64,000 bases of DNA from an uncultured Butyricicoccus sp. (GCA_964387535.1 CAYLXH010000001.1:786-64785); one strand, 5' to 3'. Numbered from the stretch's first letter, positions 1 through 10,420 are shown. The notes: generated by a model not told the origin, from the sequence alone. Made by a program: numbers and translations.

Positions 1-12
1 AGTTTTTTAATT

Positions 13-39
13 TTAGCACTCTCAATATTAGAGTGCTAA
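13..39. promoter_or_regulatory. CIRCE operator (HrcA site) for a minus-strand gene lying left of the window
   Basis: Perfect TTAGCACTC-N9-GAGTGCTAA. Confidence 0.95.
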
Positions 40-65
40 AATTGAATAATTCTCTTTTTCACATA

Positions 66-929
66 TTATGCTGCCAGCCACGCTCCGACAAGCATAATGC
101 CAAGTGACGCAAAAAAAGTTACGGAAGGCATTTCCTGAAAAATCACAAGTGATAACACGGTTCCGAGAAAGGGGGCCGTGGCATAATACGCACTCGTCCT
201 GGCCGCCCCCAAAATTCTCTGTGCATACACATAAAAGAAAATGCTCATGCCGTAAGCCACAGTCCCGACAGCCAGCACAGCAAACACACTCCAAACCGAT
301 GTCAGCCGTTCCCCCAACAGTCCAAACCCAATCACCAGAGAACCTCCACCGGATCCAAGACCTTTTAAAAGCACAATCTGCATCGGGTCTTTCGAGGAAA
401 TTTTTCTCGTGCAATTGTTCTCCAAGCCCCAACAAACGCACGCCAGCAAAACCAGCAGCGAGCCATAAGAAAACGAGATGCTCGACACATCTTTCAACGA
501 CAGGATCAGGCAGGATACCGTAATACAAACAATGCCCAGCCAAAGCCGACGGTTGATTTTCTCCTGAAATACGATCCAGGCGAGCAGTGCCGTCGCAACA
601 ATCTCAAAATGATTCAACAGGGAAGCATTCGCTGCCGTCGTCCCCATCAGCCCCCACAGAAAGCAGATCGGAGCTGCAATGTCCAAGATCATCATCATCA
701 CCGTATAGGGAAGATCTTCCCGCGTCAGTCCGACTTCCGCTTTCTCTCCTCGCGTCGCGCGAACCAGTGCGACCACTCCCATGCTCAGCCCCGCGCCAAC
801 ATAAAGAAAGCCCGCCATCAGCGTTGCCGGCATCGCATCCAGCAGCAGTTTCGAACAGGGTGCGTTGATTGCATAACACGCGGCCGCAAGCACGGCAAAT
901 GCGATTCCTTTCTTTCTATCCAAACACAT
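66..929 (-). CDS. DMT/EamA family transporter
   Basis: About 10 hydrophobic segments in two EamA-like halves; ATG at 929 follows an AAGGAG RBS. Confidence 0.85.
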   Translation of the reverse strand: MCLDRKKGIAFAVLAAACYAINAPCSKLLLDAMPATLMAGFLYVGAGLSMGVVALVRATRGEKAEVGLTREDLPYTVMMMILDIAAPICFLWGLMGTTAANASLLNHFEIVATALLAWIVFQEKINRRLWLGIVCITVSCLILSLKDVSSISFSYGSLLVLLACVCWGLENNCTRKISSKDPMQIVLLKGLGSGGGSLVIGFGLLGERLTSVWSVFAVLAVGTVAYGMSIFFYVYAQRILGAARTSAYYATAPFLGTVLSLVIFQEMPSVTFFASLGIMLVGAWLAA

Positions 930-1091
930 CACGCTCACTCCTTGCATCGTCAAAAAAAATACAGTATACTATGTATGTTACAGAACAATCTGTTCACTGA
1001 TAGTATGCGCGCTATGTTTCTATCACACAACAATCAAATTCCGCCAATTGTCCGTTATGAAACAAATTGGCAGCATTGTACGGAGAATGAT

Positions 1092-1637
1092 ATGGATCGA
1101 AGACAACAAAAAACACGGGATGCCATCTTTACGGCGCTCTCTCTTCTGCTTCAAACCAAGCGATATGAACAAATTACCGTGCAAAATATTATTGACACGG
1201 CGAATATCGGACGCAGCACCTTTTATGCACACTTTGAAACCAAGGACGACCTGCTGCGCTCTCTGTGCAAACAGATTTTTGACCATATTTTTTCTGACGC
1301 GCTGATTGGAGAGCAATCACACGATTTCTCTCAGGATCAACCCAGCTTACCCCAACGTCTTACCCATCTGCTGTACCATCTCAGGGATCAGCGCAGCATC
1401 GTCGCCAGTGTGCTCTCCGGTGACAGTCGAAACATATTTCTGCACTATTTTACCAGCTATTTGACAACTCTCTTTTCCAACGAGATCACCACCACACCGG
1501 ATATTCCTCACGAGTACACCCTGCATCTTTCTGTGTGCGCTTTCGAGGAAACCGTGATCTGGTGGGTCAGCACCGGAATGGTCCATTCTCCTGAGCAAAC
1601 GATCTCCTTTTATCAAAAAACCATCTCACTGCCATAA
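1092..1637 (+). CDS. TetR/AcrR family regulator
   Basis: MDRRQQKTRDAI...ITVQNIIDTANIGRSTFYAHFETKDDL HTH; GGAG RBS; real start lies inside ORF 609..1637. Confidence 0.9.
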   Translation: MDRRQQKTRDAIFTALSLLLQTKRYEQITVQNIIDTANIGRSTFYAHFETKDDLLRSLCKQIFDHIFSDALIGEQSHDFSQDQPSLPQRLTHLLYHLRDQRSIVASVLSGDSRNIFLHYFTSYLTTLFSNEITTTPDIPHEYTLHLSVCAFEETVIWWVSTGMVHSPEQTISFYQKTISLP

Positions 1638-1691
1638 TCCATCCACCCCTGTCAAACAGGGACTGGGTGGATTTTTCTTGTATGTCCGAAC

Positions 1692-1734
1692 AGCAACAAA
1701 GGACTGCGGCAGAGCGCCGCAGTCCTTTGCTGCT
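1692..1734. terminator. Hairpin terminator between convergent TetR and hemL
   Basis: CAAAGGACTGCGGC-agagc-GCCGCAGTCCTTTG inverted repeat. Confidence 0.75.
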
Positions 1735-1740
1735 CTATTT

Positions 1741-3027
1741 TTACTTCTGTGCCATAAAATAATCCCGCATGATCTGCAATGTCTGTTCCAGTTCTTCCCT
1801 GGTGTGTGCCATCGACAGGAACATTGCCTCGAACTGTGCCGGAGCCAGATAAATGCCGTGGTTCAGCATATAGTTGCAGTACGCTGCGTATGCCTTCGTA
1901 TCCGATGTCTTTGCGCTCTCATAATCCGTTACGCGTTCTCCGGTAAAGAACAGGCTGCCGAGCGAGCCGATGTGGTTTACCTGCCACGGATATCCGGCCT
2001 CACGCACAATCTGCTGCATCGCTTCGAAAAACCAGTCTCCCAACGCATTCAAGCGGTCATATTCCTCCGGATGCTCGTTCAAATAACCGAGCTGCGCCAT
2101 TCCGGCCGCCATCGCCACCGGATTGCCGCTCAGTGTTCCGGCCTGATAGACCGCGCCGACGGGCGCAACCATCTCCATAACCTCACGCCGTCCGCCATAC
2201 GCGCCAACCGGCATACCTGCACCAATGATCTTGCCAAACGTGGTCAAATCCGACTGCACGCCAAAGTATCCCTGTGCACCGTCCGATCCCAGACGGAACC
2301 CTGTGATCACCTCATCAAAAATCAGCAGTGCGCCATACTGATCACACAGATCGCGCAGGCCCTGCAAAAATCCCTCTGCCGGAAGCACCGTGCCCATGTT
2401 GGCACCCACCGGCTCCACAACAACCGCGGCAATTTCCTCTCCGCACGCTGCAAAATGCGCGCGTACGCTGTCCAGATTATTGAAATCCGCCGTCAGCGTG
2501 TCTTTCGTGTAGCCGGACGGCACGCCGAGGGAATCCGGCACACCTGCCGTCATGACGCCGGAACCAGCCTTGACCAGCAATCCATCCGAATGACCGTGAT
2601 AGCACCCGTTGAATTTGATGATCTTATCCCGACGCGTAAAGCCGCGTGCTGCGCGAATCGCGCTCATGACCGCCTCGGTTCCCGAGTTCACCATGCGCAC
2701 CATTTCCACCGACGGAACCATACTGCAAATCAGCTCCGCCATCATCACTTCCGCCTGCGTCGCCGCACCAAAACTCAGTCCATTCTGTGCCGCTTTGACA
2801 ACAGCATCATATACCGGCTGAAAATTGTGTCCCAGAATCATAGGGCCCCATGAACTGACAAAATCAATATACTGGTTTCCGTCCTCGTCCCACAGATAGC
2901 TCTTATCCGCTTTCGTGATAAACCGCGGGGTCGATCCGATGGATCCAAACGCGCGAACCGGCGAATTGACACCGCCCGGAATGTGTTTGACCGCACGGGC
3001 AAACAGCTGCTCTGATCGTGTACTCAT
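1741..3027 (-). CDS. hemL: Glutamate-1-semialdehyde 2,1-aminomutase
   Basis: PGGVNSPVRAF, NSGTEAVM, IFDEVITGFR, FGKIIGAGMP, YQAGTLSGNP; ATG 3027 after AAGGAG. Confidence 0.97.
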   Translation of the reverse strand: MSTRSEQLFARAVKHIPGGVNSPVRAFGSIGSTPRFITKADKSYLWDEDGNQYIDFVSSWGPMILGHNFQPVYDAVVKAAQNGLSFGAATQAEVMMAELICSMVPSVEMVRMVNSGTEAVMSAIRAARGFTRRDKIIKFNGCYHGHSDGLLVKAGSGVMTAGVPDSLGVPSGYTKDTLTADFNNLDSVRAHFAACGEEIAAVVVEPVGANMGTVLPAEGFLQGLRDLCDQYGALLIFDEVITGFRLGSDGAQGYFGVQSDLTTFGKIIGAGMPVGAYGGRREVMEMVAPVGAVYQAGTLSGNPVAMAAGMAQLGYLNEHPEEYDRLNALGDWFFEAMQQIVREAGYPWQVNHIGSLGSLFFTGERVTDYESAKTSDTKAYAAYCNYMLNHGIYLAPAQFEAMFLSMAHTREELEQTLQIMRDYFMAQK

Positions 3028-3069
3028 GTGATAACTCCTTTCTATTCCTTGCAACATTCATCTATTTTT

Positions 3070-4587
3070 TCACACGGGCTTGCTTTCCCGATAATACCGC
3101 ACGGCGGCTTCCGCCAGTGCCTCCAGCGTCGCCTGCTCTGCGGTCACCGTATGCATTCCCTGCTCTGCCGCCGCGTTCGCGGTCTGCCGTCCGATACAGA
3201 TTGCGGTAACACGCTGCCGCTCGGCTCCCGGTACCAGCCGTGCAAATCCCTGCACCGTGGACGCACTCGTAAACACTGCCATGTCCAGCTCCCCGTCCGC
3301 GACAGCCTGCGACACATCCACACCAGAAGGAGTGTCATACACGGTATCGTAGATCGGAAGATCGGTGATTGAGACGGTTTTCCTCCTGCTTATCTCGTCC
3401 ACCAGTTCGGCAGTACCGACGCGTGCCCGCGGAATGAGAATCCGGTCTCCGTCGCAGCAGCGTTCTCCGATGGCCTGTCCCAGATGCTTCCCGTCATAGA
3501 CCTCCGGAATCAGATCTGCGACAATTCCATAGCGGCGCAGCTCCTTCGCCGTACCTCTGCCGATCGCCGCAATCGTTCCCTGACCGAACCGGCGGATATC
3601 CACATTGCGTTCCTGCATCGCTTCACAAAAGACCGATACGCCCGCCTGCGACGTGAACACCAGATAATCGTAGGTGTTCAACCGCGCAATCGCGTCATCC
3701 AACGCCGGGTTGGGACAAATCCGCTCCGTGCGGATGGTCGGAAGCTCCCACACCTCGGCTCCCAGCTCGCGCAGTCGGTCCGACAGTGCGGAGCCGCGCG
3801 CCCGGGGACGGGTGACGGCAATTCTTGCACCAAACAGCGGACGCTGCTCGGCCCAGGCAAACTCCTGCGCGTACGTACACACTGCCCCGACGACCACAAT
3901 GGCCGGCATCGCAATTCTCTGTCTTTGCACCTCTTCTGTCAGCGTGGACACCGTCGCAACAATGCGCTTTTGCCGCGCTGTCGTTCCCTGCTGCAAGATC
4001 GACGCCGGCGTCTCGGGATCCATTCCCGCCGCCAGCAGGCCGCTGCAAAGATCCGGCAGTGCAGTCACACCCATCAAAAAGATCAGTGTACCCTTTGTCC
4101 GAACCAGCGCTTCAAAATCAATATCGTATTTCTGTCCGGCCCGTCTGTGCCCCGTGATAATATGCACTGAGGAGGCCGCATCCCGATGGGTCACCGGAAT
4201 CCCATTATACGCCGGTACGGAAATCGCCGAAGTAATCCCCGGCACAATCTCATACGGAATGCCATGCTTTACCAGCAGCTCCAGCTCCTCTCCGCCGCGC
4301 CCGAACACAAACGGATCCCCTCCTTTGAGGCGAACCACCGTCTTACCCTCCCGTGCCTTGTCCAGCAGCAGCCGATTGATCTGCTCCTGCGGCATCGTGT
4401 GATGTCCCGCTCGCTTGCCGACATCAATCGTTTCTGCTCGCTCCGGCAGAAGCAGCATCATACTCTGTCCGATCAAACGGTCATAGACAACGACATCCGC
4501 CTGTTCCAAAACCTGCCTGCCGCGCACCGTCATCAGGCCAATATCCGATGGCCCGGCGCCGACCAGATACACTTTTCCCTGTTTCAT
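3070..4587 (-). CDS. cobA: Fused uroporphyrinogen-III C-methyltransferase / uroporphyrinogen-III synthase (CobA-HemD)
   Basis: LVGAGP, RLKGGDPFVFGRGGEE, then HemD domain (VTRP, VFTSQAGV, FTSASTV); start MKQGKVY overlaps the hemC stop (ATGA). Confidence 0.95.
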   Translation of the reverse strand: MKQGKVYLVGAGPSDIGLMTVRGRQVLEQADVVVYDRLIGQSMMLLLPERAETIDVGKRAGHHTMPQEQINRLLLDKAREGKTVVRLKGGDPFVFGRGGEELELLVKHGIPYEIVPGITSAISVPAYNGIPVTHRDAASSVHIITGHRRAGQKYDIDFEALVRTKGTLIFLMGVTALPDLCSGLLAAGMDPETPASILQQGTTARQKRIVATVSTLTEEVQRQRIAMPAIVVVGAVCTYAQEFAWAEQRPLFGARIAVTRPRARGSALSDRLRELGAEVWELPTIRTERICPNPALDDAIARLNTYDYLVFTSQAGVSVFCEAMQERNVDIRRFGQGTIAAIGRGTAKELRRYGIVADLIPEVYDGKHLGQAIGERCCDGDRILIPRARVGTAELVDEISRRKTVSITDLPIYDTVYDTPSGVDVSQAVADGELDMAVFTSASTVQGFARLVPGAERQRVTAICIGRQTANAAAEQGMHTVTAEQATLEALAEAAVRYYRESKPV

Positions 4588-5468
4588 CGCACTGCCCTCA
4601 TCATCTCTTCCGCCAGCCGGATCCCCAATGTCTCCGCGTCCCTGCGGTCGCCCTCTGCACGCCGGCGCACACAGGTTCCCGTGCGCTCGTCGTAGAACAA
4701 TCCGGCAACACACAGGGTCTCTCGTCCGCTCAGCCATGCATACGCGGCCGTCGGCGTGGTACACCCGCCGTTCAGCGCCGCCAGAAACGCCCGCTCACAC
4801 CGTGACGTATCCCGGCTCTCTGCATCAAAAAACCCTTCCAGATACGAGTAGTCCTCTCCCCTTCGGCCCTGCACCGCCAGTACACCTTGTCCCGCCGCCG
4901 GAATCATCTCCTCTGTCGAAAAGATCCGGGAAATCCGATTCTGCAACCCCAGACGCTTGAGCCCGGCGACCGCCAAAACCGTCGCACTGTACTGTCCTTC
5001 GTCCAGTTTGCGTAGCCGCGTCTGTACATTGCCGCGAATCGGAGCAAAGGTTGCCTGCGGGAACAGCTCACGCAGCTGAACAATCCGGCGGCGGCTCGCA
5101 CAGCCGATCGGCAGAGAAGCATCCATCTCCGTCCGTCCTTCCGGCATAATCAGGGCATCCCTCGGGTCCTCCCGCCGGGAATAGCCGAGCAGCGGCAGCT
5201 CTGGCGAAAGCTCCACCGGAACGTCCTTCAAGCTGTGGACGGACACGTCACTCCGTCGGTCGAGCAGCGCCTGATCCAGCTCCTTGACAAACAGTCCCTT
5301 TCCCCCCACTTTGTCCAGTGTCCGGTCAAGGATCCGATCTCCTGTCGTGGTCAGTCGCACCAGCTCGGATGACATCCCCGGCTCATTCTCCGCCAGGTAG
5401 TCCGCCAGCATCTGGGCCTGAATGACGGCCAGCTTGCTGGCGCGCGTTCCAATTCGTACCAATCTCAT
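4584..5468 (-). CDS. hemC: Hydroxymethylbilane synthase
   Basis: IGTRASKLA, GKGLFVKEL, VHSLKDVP, IRGNVQTRL, LNGGC. Confidence 0.96.
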   Translation of the reverse strand: MRLVRIGTRASKLAVIQAQMLADYLAENEPGMSSELVRLTTTGDRILDRTLDKVGGKGLFVKELDQALLDRRSDVSVHSLKDVPVELSPELPLLGYSRREDPRDALIMPEGRTEMDASLPIGCASRRRIVQLRELFPQATFAPIRGNVQTRLRKLDEGQYSATVLAVAGLKRLGLQNRISRIFSTEEMIPAAGQGVLAVQGRRGEDYSYLEGFFDAESRDTSRCERAFLAALNGGCTTPTAAYAWLSGRETLCVAGLFYDERTGTCVRRRAEGDRRDAETLGIRLAEEMMRAVR

Positions 5469-5938
5469 GGATTCTTCTCCTCTTCCTCTGCCAGCATCTC
5501 GCGGAGCGCGGCACTCACCGCTTTCACCTTGCCGTGGTCTGCGCCGCCGGAGCTGATCCCCACGACCAACCCGTCGTGCTCCATCAGCGCAGGAAAATAA
5601 AAATCACACAGCCTCTGATCTGAGGCAATGTTGACCGGGATCCCTTTTTCGCGGCACTCGTCATAAATCTGTCGGTCGACCTGCGCATCGTCCGTCGCAG
5701 ACAGCACCAGCATCACGTTCGGAATCGTTCCCATACGATACCGCATGCGAATGACGGTCACCTGTGCGGCATACTGCTCTGCCAGCTCCTGTACCTCCTG
5801 GCTGATCTCCGGAGCGGTCACAGTGACGTGCGCCCCAAAGCGCAGCAGTCCGCGCAGACGGCGGGCCGCAATCCGTCCCGCACCGTACAGCGCAATGGGT
5901 TTTCCCTCCATCTCCACAAACAGCGGAAAATAACTCAT
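5465..5938 (-). CDS. Precorrin-2 dehydrogenase (SirC/Met8-like, short)
   Basis: MSYFPLF, GAGRIAARR Rossmann motif, ATDD, CDFYFPA, ISSGG; real start 5938. Confidence 0.88.
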   Translation of the reverse strand: MSYFPLFVEMEGKPIALYGAGRIAARRLRGLLRFGAHVTVTAPEISQEVQELAEQYAAQVTVIRMRYRMGTIPNVMLVLSATDDAQVDRQIYDECREKGIPVNIASDQRLCDFYFPALMEHDGLVVGISSGGADHGKVKAVSAALREMLAEEEEKNP

Positions 5939-7209
5939 GGCTGTTCCTCCGGATAGGCCTGTGCAAACGCATCCAGACAAGCGCGCAGCGTTTCCGGCTC
6001 CGCTGTATCGCGCAGCGCGAACAGCAGCTTGCTCACCACCTTGGCACTGGAACGCTGAATGGACTGCTCCAGCACATTCTGTGCTTTGGTAGAAATTTCC
6101 ACTTCGCCAAACGCTTTGCCCGTCCGCCAGCAGACGTCCTTCGCCGCCTCCTGGCTGATCCGCTGAATCTGCGGGATGAACTCCCTGCACTCGTACCACG
6201 ACACAAACTCCTCCACGCTTCCGCACAACAACTCATGCGCCTGCTCCATCTGTCTCCGGGTCTCCTCGGACTGACGGTCCACCGCAAACGAATCAATATC
6301 ATACACCGTGGCATACGGCAGCGATGCAATCTCCGGGTCAATGTCACGCGGCACCGCAAGGTCCAGGAACAGCTTGGGCTGCGTCAGATTCAGCGCTTCC
6401 AGATCTTCCCGACGCAGCGTCAGATTGGGGCTCGCCGTCGCCGAGACGATGACCGAGCACTGCGGCAGATACGCATAGCGTTCGCCGTAATGAATGCGGC
6501 GGCATCCCTCGGGAATCTGTACCATGCCGCTCCGGTACTGACGCACTGTAACTGTTACGTCTGCGCCCTGCTCCCGCAGTGCCGTCGCGGTCAGCCTGCC
6601 CATCTCACCGTTTCCGATGACCATACAGCGCAGGCCGTCAAAACAGTATCCCTGCTGTTTGAGCTGCGCAATCGCCGACGAAATGGCAGAGGAGTTGGAT
6701 TTGTGGAATGTAATTTCGGTTTTCACCTGTTTTCCGGCCGTCACGGCCATCCGAAACAGGACTTCCATCACTTTGTCCGTCGTCTCCGCCTCGCGCGCCT
6801 CCGACAACGCTTCCTTGACCTGCATCAGGATCTGATCCTCTCCCACAATGCGGGATTCCATGCCAGATGCAAGGGCAAACAGGTGCTCCACCGCATCCCG
6901 TCCGCTTCGCCAGACAAATGCCTTGCGGTGCTCCTCCGGTGCCTGCTGTTTGAGCGCACAAAGGCACTCATACACCGTCTCCCTCTGCCCCTCTGCCGCG
7001 CTCAGGTAGACCTCCATGCGGTTGCACGTAGACAGCATCACACAGCCGTTCACGCCCTCGATGTCGGCAATCGCCCGGACTGCCTCCCGCAGCCTCGTTT
7101 TCGTAAACGAAAATTTTTCTCTCTGTTCCAGCGATGCGACACTGTGGTCAATGCCCAGCATCTGGACATTCATCGCGGATATGCTATCTTGTTTTGTTGT
7201 TTTTTGCAT
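5935..7209 (-). CDS. hemA: Glutamyl-tRNA reductase
   Basis: LSTCNRME, ESRIVGEDQI, IGNGEMG, DLAVPRDID; start may be 7173. Confidence 0.96.
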   Translation of the reverse strand: MQKTTKQDSISAMNVQMLGIDHSVASLEQREKFSFTKTRLREAVRAIADIEGVNGCVMLSTCNRMEVYLSAAEGQRETVYECLCALKQQAPEEHRKAFVWRSGRDAVEHLFALASGMESRIVGEDQILMQVKEALSEAREAETTDKVMEVLFRMAVTAGKQVKTEITFHKSNSSAISSAIAQLKQQGYCFDGLRCMVIGNGEMGRLTATALREQGADVTVTVRQYRSGMVQIPEGCRRIHYGERYAYLPQCSVIVSATASPNLTLRREDLEALNLTQPKLFLDLAVPRDIDPEIASLPYATVYDIDSFAVDRQSEETRRQMEQAHELLCGSVEEFVSWYECREFIPQIQRISQEAAKDVCWRTGKAFGEVEISTKAQNVLEQSIQRSSAKVVSKLLFALRDTAEPETLRACLDAFAQAYPEEQP

Positions 7210-7212
7210 CGT

Positions 7213-7893
7213 TCAGCCCTGCCATCCACGCGCGGAAGGATCCAGCGCATTCACCGCCGTGTACAGCAGCGCGTTGCTGATCGCAGCAGCGACGTTGCTT
7301 CCGCCCTTGCGTCCCATGGCCACAATCGCCGGAACGCCGTACTGCTCACACACGGCAAATAATTCCTTTTTGCTCTCTTCTACATTGACAAATCCCACCG
7401 GCACACCGATGACCAGCGACGGACGCAGACCCTCCCGGATCAGCGCCGACAGGCGGAGCAGCGCTGTCGGCGCGTTGCCAACCGCAAATACCGCATCCGG
7501 TGTCCGCTGCGCGGCATATGTCATAGACGCCGCCGCCCGTGTCGTCCCCTGCGCCCTCGCCAGCGCCGCAATCAATTCCTCCGCCATATAGCAGGACACG
7601 CTCCCCGACAGCTGATCCAGCGCCGGTTTGCTGATTCCAGCCTTTGTCATATTGGTATCCGTGACAATGGGCACGCCCCGCTGCAGGGCGGCAACTCCCT
7701 GCTGCACTGCACCGTCAGTAAAGGTGAGGTTTCGTGCGTAGTCAAAATCTGCCGTCGTGTGAATCACCCGCCGGACAACCGCCTGCGTGTCTTCCGGAAG
7801 GACAATGCCGCGCTGCCGCAGCTCCTGTTCAATAATTTGCATACTTGTGCGCTCAATATCCGCCGGCAACGTATGCGTGATCTTCATTTCCAT
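7213..7893 (-). CDS. cbiC: Cobalt-precorrin-8 methylmutase
   Basis: RVIHTTADF, VGNAPTAL, PVGFVNV, GRKGGSNVAAA. Confidence 0.95.
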   Translation of the reverse strand: MEMKITHTLPADIERTSMQIIEQELRQRGIVLPEDTQAVVRRVIHTTADFDYARNLTFTDGAVQQGVAALQRGVPIVTDTNMTKAGISKPALDQLSGSVSCYMAEELIAALARAQGTTRAAASMTYAAQRTPDAVFAVGNAPTALLRLSALIREGLRPSLVIGVPVGFVNVEESKKELFAVCEQYGVPAIVAMGRKGGSNVAAAISNALLYTAVNALDPSARGWQG

Positions 7894-9365
7894 TCCTCCA
7901 ATAGCCGGTACACCTTATCCATATCCAGTGCGCCGCGCACCTGTTCTGCCAGAATGTCGTATTGCTTCTGCACATAGGCCGCACGCGTCATGCATTCCGC
8001 CTGTTCACAGGCGATGCCCTTGCGCGCACACAGATACTCTGCCAGCCGCGCGGTCAGATCCCCAGTGTCAAACAGGCCGTGCAGATAGGTTCCGAACACC
8101 TCTCCCTGCACACACCCGTCACGCGTTCCATTGGACAGTACACAGAACGCTGCGCCATCTGCCTCTGTCTCACCCATATGGATCTCATATCCGTCCAATC
8201 GGACTCCGGTCAGCGCACCGGTCTGCACGACAGCCTGCACTCGTGTGCGCGTTTTGCGCGCACAGAACGTCGTGCGGACCGGCAACAGCCCCATACCGTG
8301 TACAACATCCCGTGTTCCCTCTGTGTGCTCCGGATCCGCCAGCATCTCGCCGAGCATCTGATAGCCACCGCACACGCCCAGAACCGGGGTCCCGGCGGAC
8401 GCCAGCTTGCAGATCGCAGCCTCCAAGCCATTTTGTCTCATCCACAGCAGATCGTCCATCGTGCTCTTGGTTCCCGGAAGAATCACCAGGTCCGGCTGTC
8501 CCAGCTCTGCGGTATGCTTCACATAGCGGACCCCCAGCATGGGATGAACCTCCAGCGGCGTAAAATCTGTAAAATTAGAGATACGTGGGAGACGGATCAC
8601 TGCAATATCCACCGGCTTGACCGTTCCGGTGCGATCCAGGCGCGGGGACAGCGAGTCCTCGTCGTCCACATCCACACAGACGTAGGGAACCACGCCCACA
8701 ACCGGAAGTCCGGTCTTCTCCTCCAACATCGTCAGGCCGGGAGCCAAAATCGCGCGGTCGCCACGAAACTTGTTGATCACCAGTCCCTGAATGCGCTCCC
8801 GTTCGTCCGGCTCCAGCAGCGCCACGGTTCCGTACAGCTGCGCAAACACGCCGCCGCGGTCTATGTCGCCCACCAGCAGCACCGGTGCATTCACCCGCTT
8901 GGCCAGCCCCATATTCACAATGTCATCCTGCTTGAGATTGATTTCCGCAGGACTTCCCGCGCCCTCAATCACTATCATATCATATTCCTGCGCCAAACTG
9001 CGATAGGCTTCTATCAATTCCGGAATCAATTGTTTCTTATACCGGAAATAGTCTGACGCCGACATCTGCCCGCGCACTTTGCCGCAGACGATCACCTGGC
9101 TTCCGGTGTCGCTGGACGGCTTGAGCAAAATCGGGTTCATGCGGACGTCCGGCTCAATGCCCGCCGCTTCCGCCTGCATGACCTGTGCCCGTCCCATCTC
9201 CAGGCCATCCCGTGTGATATAGCTGTTGAGCGCCATGTTCTGGCTCTTGAACGGAGCAACCCGGTATCCGTCCTGCCGAAAGATGCGGCACAGCGCGGCG
9301 CACAGCAGGCTTTTTCCTGCCCCTGACATCGTCCCCTGCACCATGATACATTTTGCCTGACTCAT
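7884..9365 (-). CDS. cbiP: Cobyric acid synthase
   Basis: MVQGTMSGAGKS, PFKSQNMALNS, EGAGSPAEINL, CGGYQMLG, GTYLHG. Confidence 0.97.
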   Translation of the reverse strand: MSQAKCIMVQGTMSGAGKSLLCAALCRIFRQDGYRVAPFKSQNMALNSYITRDGLEMGRAQVMQAEAAGIEPDVRMNPILLKPSSDTGSQVIVCGKVRGQMSASDYFRYKKQLIPELIEAYRSLAQEYDMIVIEGAGSPAEINLKQDDIVNMGLAKRVNAPVLLVGDIDRGGVFAQLYGTVALLEPDERERIQGLVINKFRGDRAILAPGLTMLEEKTGLPVVGVVPYVCVDVDDEDSLSPRLDRTGTVKPVDIAVIRLPRISNFTDFTPLEVHPMLGVRYVKHTAELGQPDLVILPGTKSTMDDLLWMRQNGLEAAICKLASAGTPVLGVCGGYQMLGEMLADPEHTEGTRDVVHGMGLLPVRTTFCARKTRTRVQAVVQTGALTGVRLDGYEIHMGETEADGAAFCVLSNGTRDGCVQGEVFGTYLHGLFDTGDLTARLAEYLCARKGIACEQAECMTRAAYVQKQYDILAEQVRGALDMDKVYRLLEEWK

Positions 9366-10420
9366 TTCAGCACCTCCCTGAGTGTCCACAACAGCCGGTC
9401 ATTCTGCTGCGTTCCCTGAACCGCAATTCGATACCAGTGTCCGTCCAGTCCGTCAAAACTTGCACAGTTTCGAATCAGAATTCCACGCTCCCGCAGCTGC
9501 TCTGCCAGTCCTTCCCGACTGCGAAACAGCAGATAGTTCGCCTCTCCGTCAATCGTGGCCACTCCCATGTCGCGCAGACTGCGCAGCATGCGCCTCCGCT
9601 CTGTGGCAATCAGGTTGCGAACGCGCTGTACATAATCGTTTTCCTTCAGCGCGGCAATCCCCGCGCGCTGTGCCAGCGAGGATACCGCCCACGGCGGTCC
9701 CTCTCGGCGCATTGCAGTGAGCATCCCCGGATTCGAGCACAGACAGTAGCCCAGACGGAGCCCTGCCATCGCATACATCTTGGTAAACGACTTGACAATC
9801 ACCAGCTTTGGCATGTCCGCCAGCCGGCCCGTCTGGGTATGCGCCTCCGGTCGCTCGACGAAATCCAGAAAGCACTCATCCAACACCAGCCAGGTATCCG
9901 TTTCGACGCAGCGGTCGCACACGCGTTCCAATAGGGAACGATCCGACGTAATTCCCGTCGGATTATTCGGTTCACACAAAAACATCACATCCGTCTCGGA
10001 TGTGATGGCACCCAAAACGCCTTCCTCCAGGCGGAAGCCAGACTCCTCGGACAGTCTCCATGTTTCCGTGATACATCCGACGGTATCCAGTGCCGCCTGA
10101 TATTCCGAAAAGGTCGGTGCTGTGACCAGCGCCCGCTTGGGACCAATCGCCCGAACCGCACGGTAGATCAGATCCGCGGCTCCATTTCCGCACAGGCACC
10201 AGTCTGCGGGAACTCGTTCCCGCGCTCCGATTGCCGCACACAGTTCGCGGCACAGCGGATCGGGATAGCGCTCCGCCGTGTGTAACGCCTCTGCAACGGC
10301 ACGCCGCACTCCCTCGGGCAATCCCAATGGGCTGACATTCGCAGAGCAATCCAGCGGCAACGTGCCGTATTCTTCCTCAAATCCGGCCCAGTCTCCTCCG
10401 TGTTCCACGTCACACAACAC
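9362..10420 (-). CDS. cobD: Threonine-phosphate decarboxylase
   Basis: HGG, SANVSPLG, PNNPTG, SFTKMYAMAGLRLGY PLP motif; cob context. Confidence 0.9.
   Translation of the reverse strand: MLCDVEHGGDWAGFEEEYGTLPLDCSANVSPLGLPEGVRRAVAEALHTAERYPDPLCRELCAAIGARERVPADWCLCGNGAADLIYRAVRAIGPKRALVTAPTFSEYQAALDTVGCITETWRLSEESGFRLEEGVLGAITSETDVMFLCEPNNPTGITSDRSLLERVCDRCVETDTWLVLDECFLDFVERPEAHTQTGRLADMPKLVIVKSFTKMYAMAGLRLGYCLCSNPGMLTAMRREGPPWAVSSLAQRAGIAALKENDYVQRVRNLIATERRRMLRSLRDMGVATIDGEANYLLFRSREGLAEQLRERGILIRNCASFDGLDGHWYRIAVQGTQQNDRLLWTLREVLK

Noticed and set aside
3028-3069. Possible hemB C-terminal remnant (NVAR) in the spacer
   Set aside because: Too short to distinguish from chance
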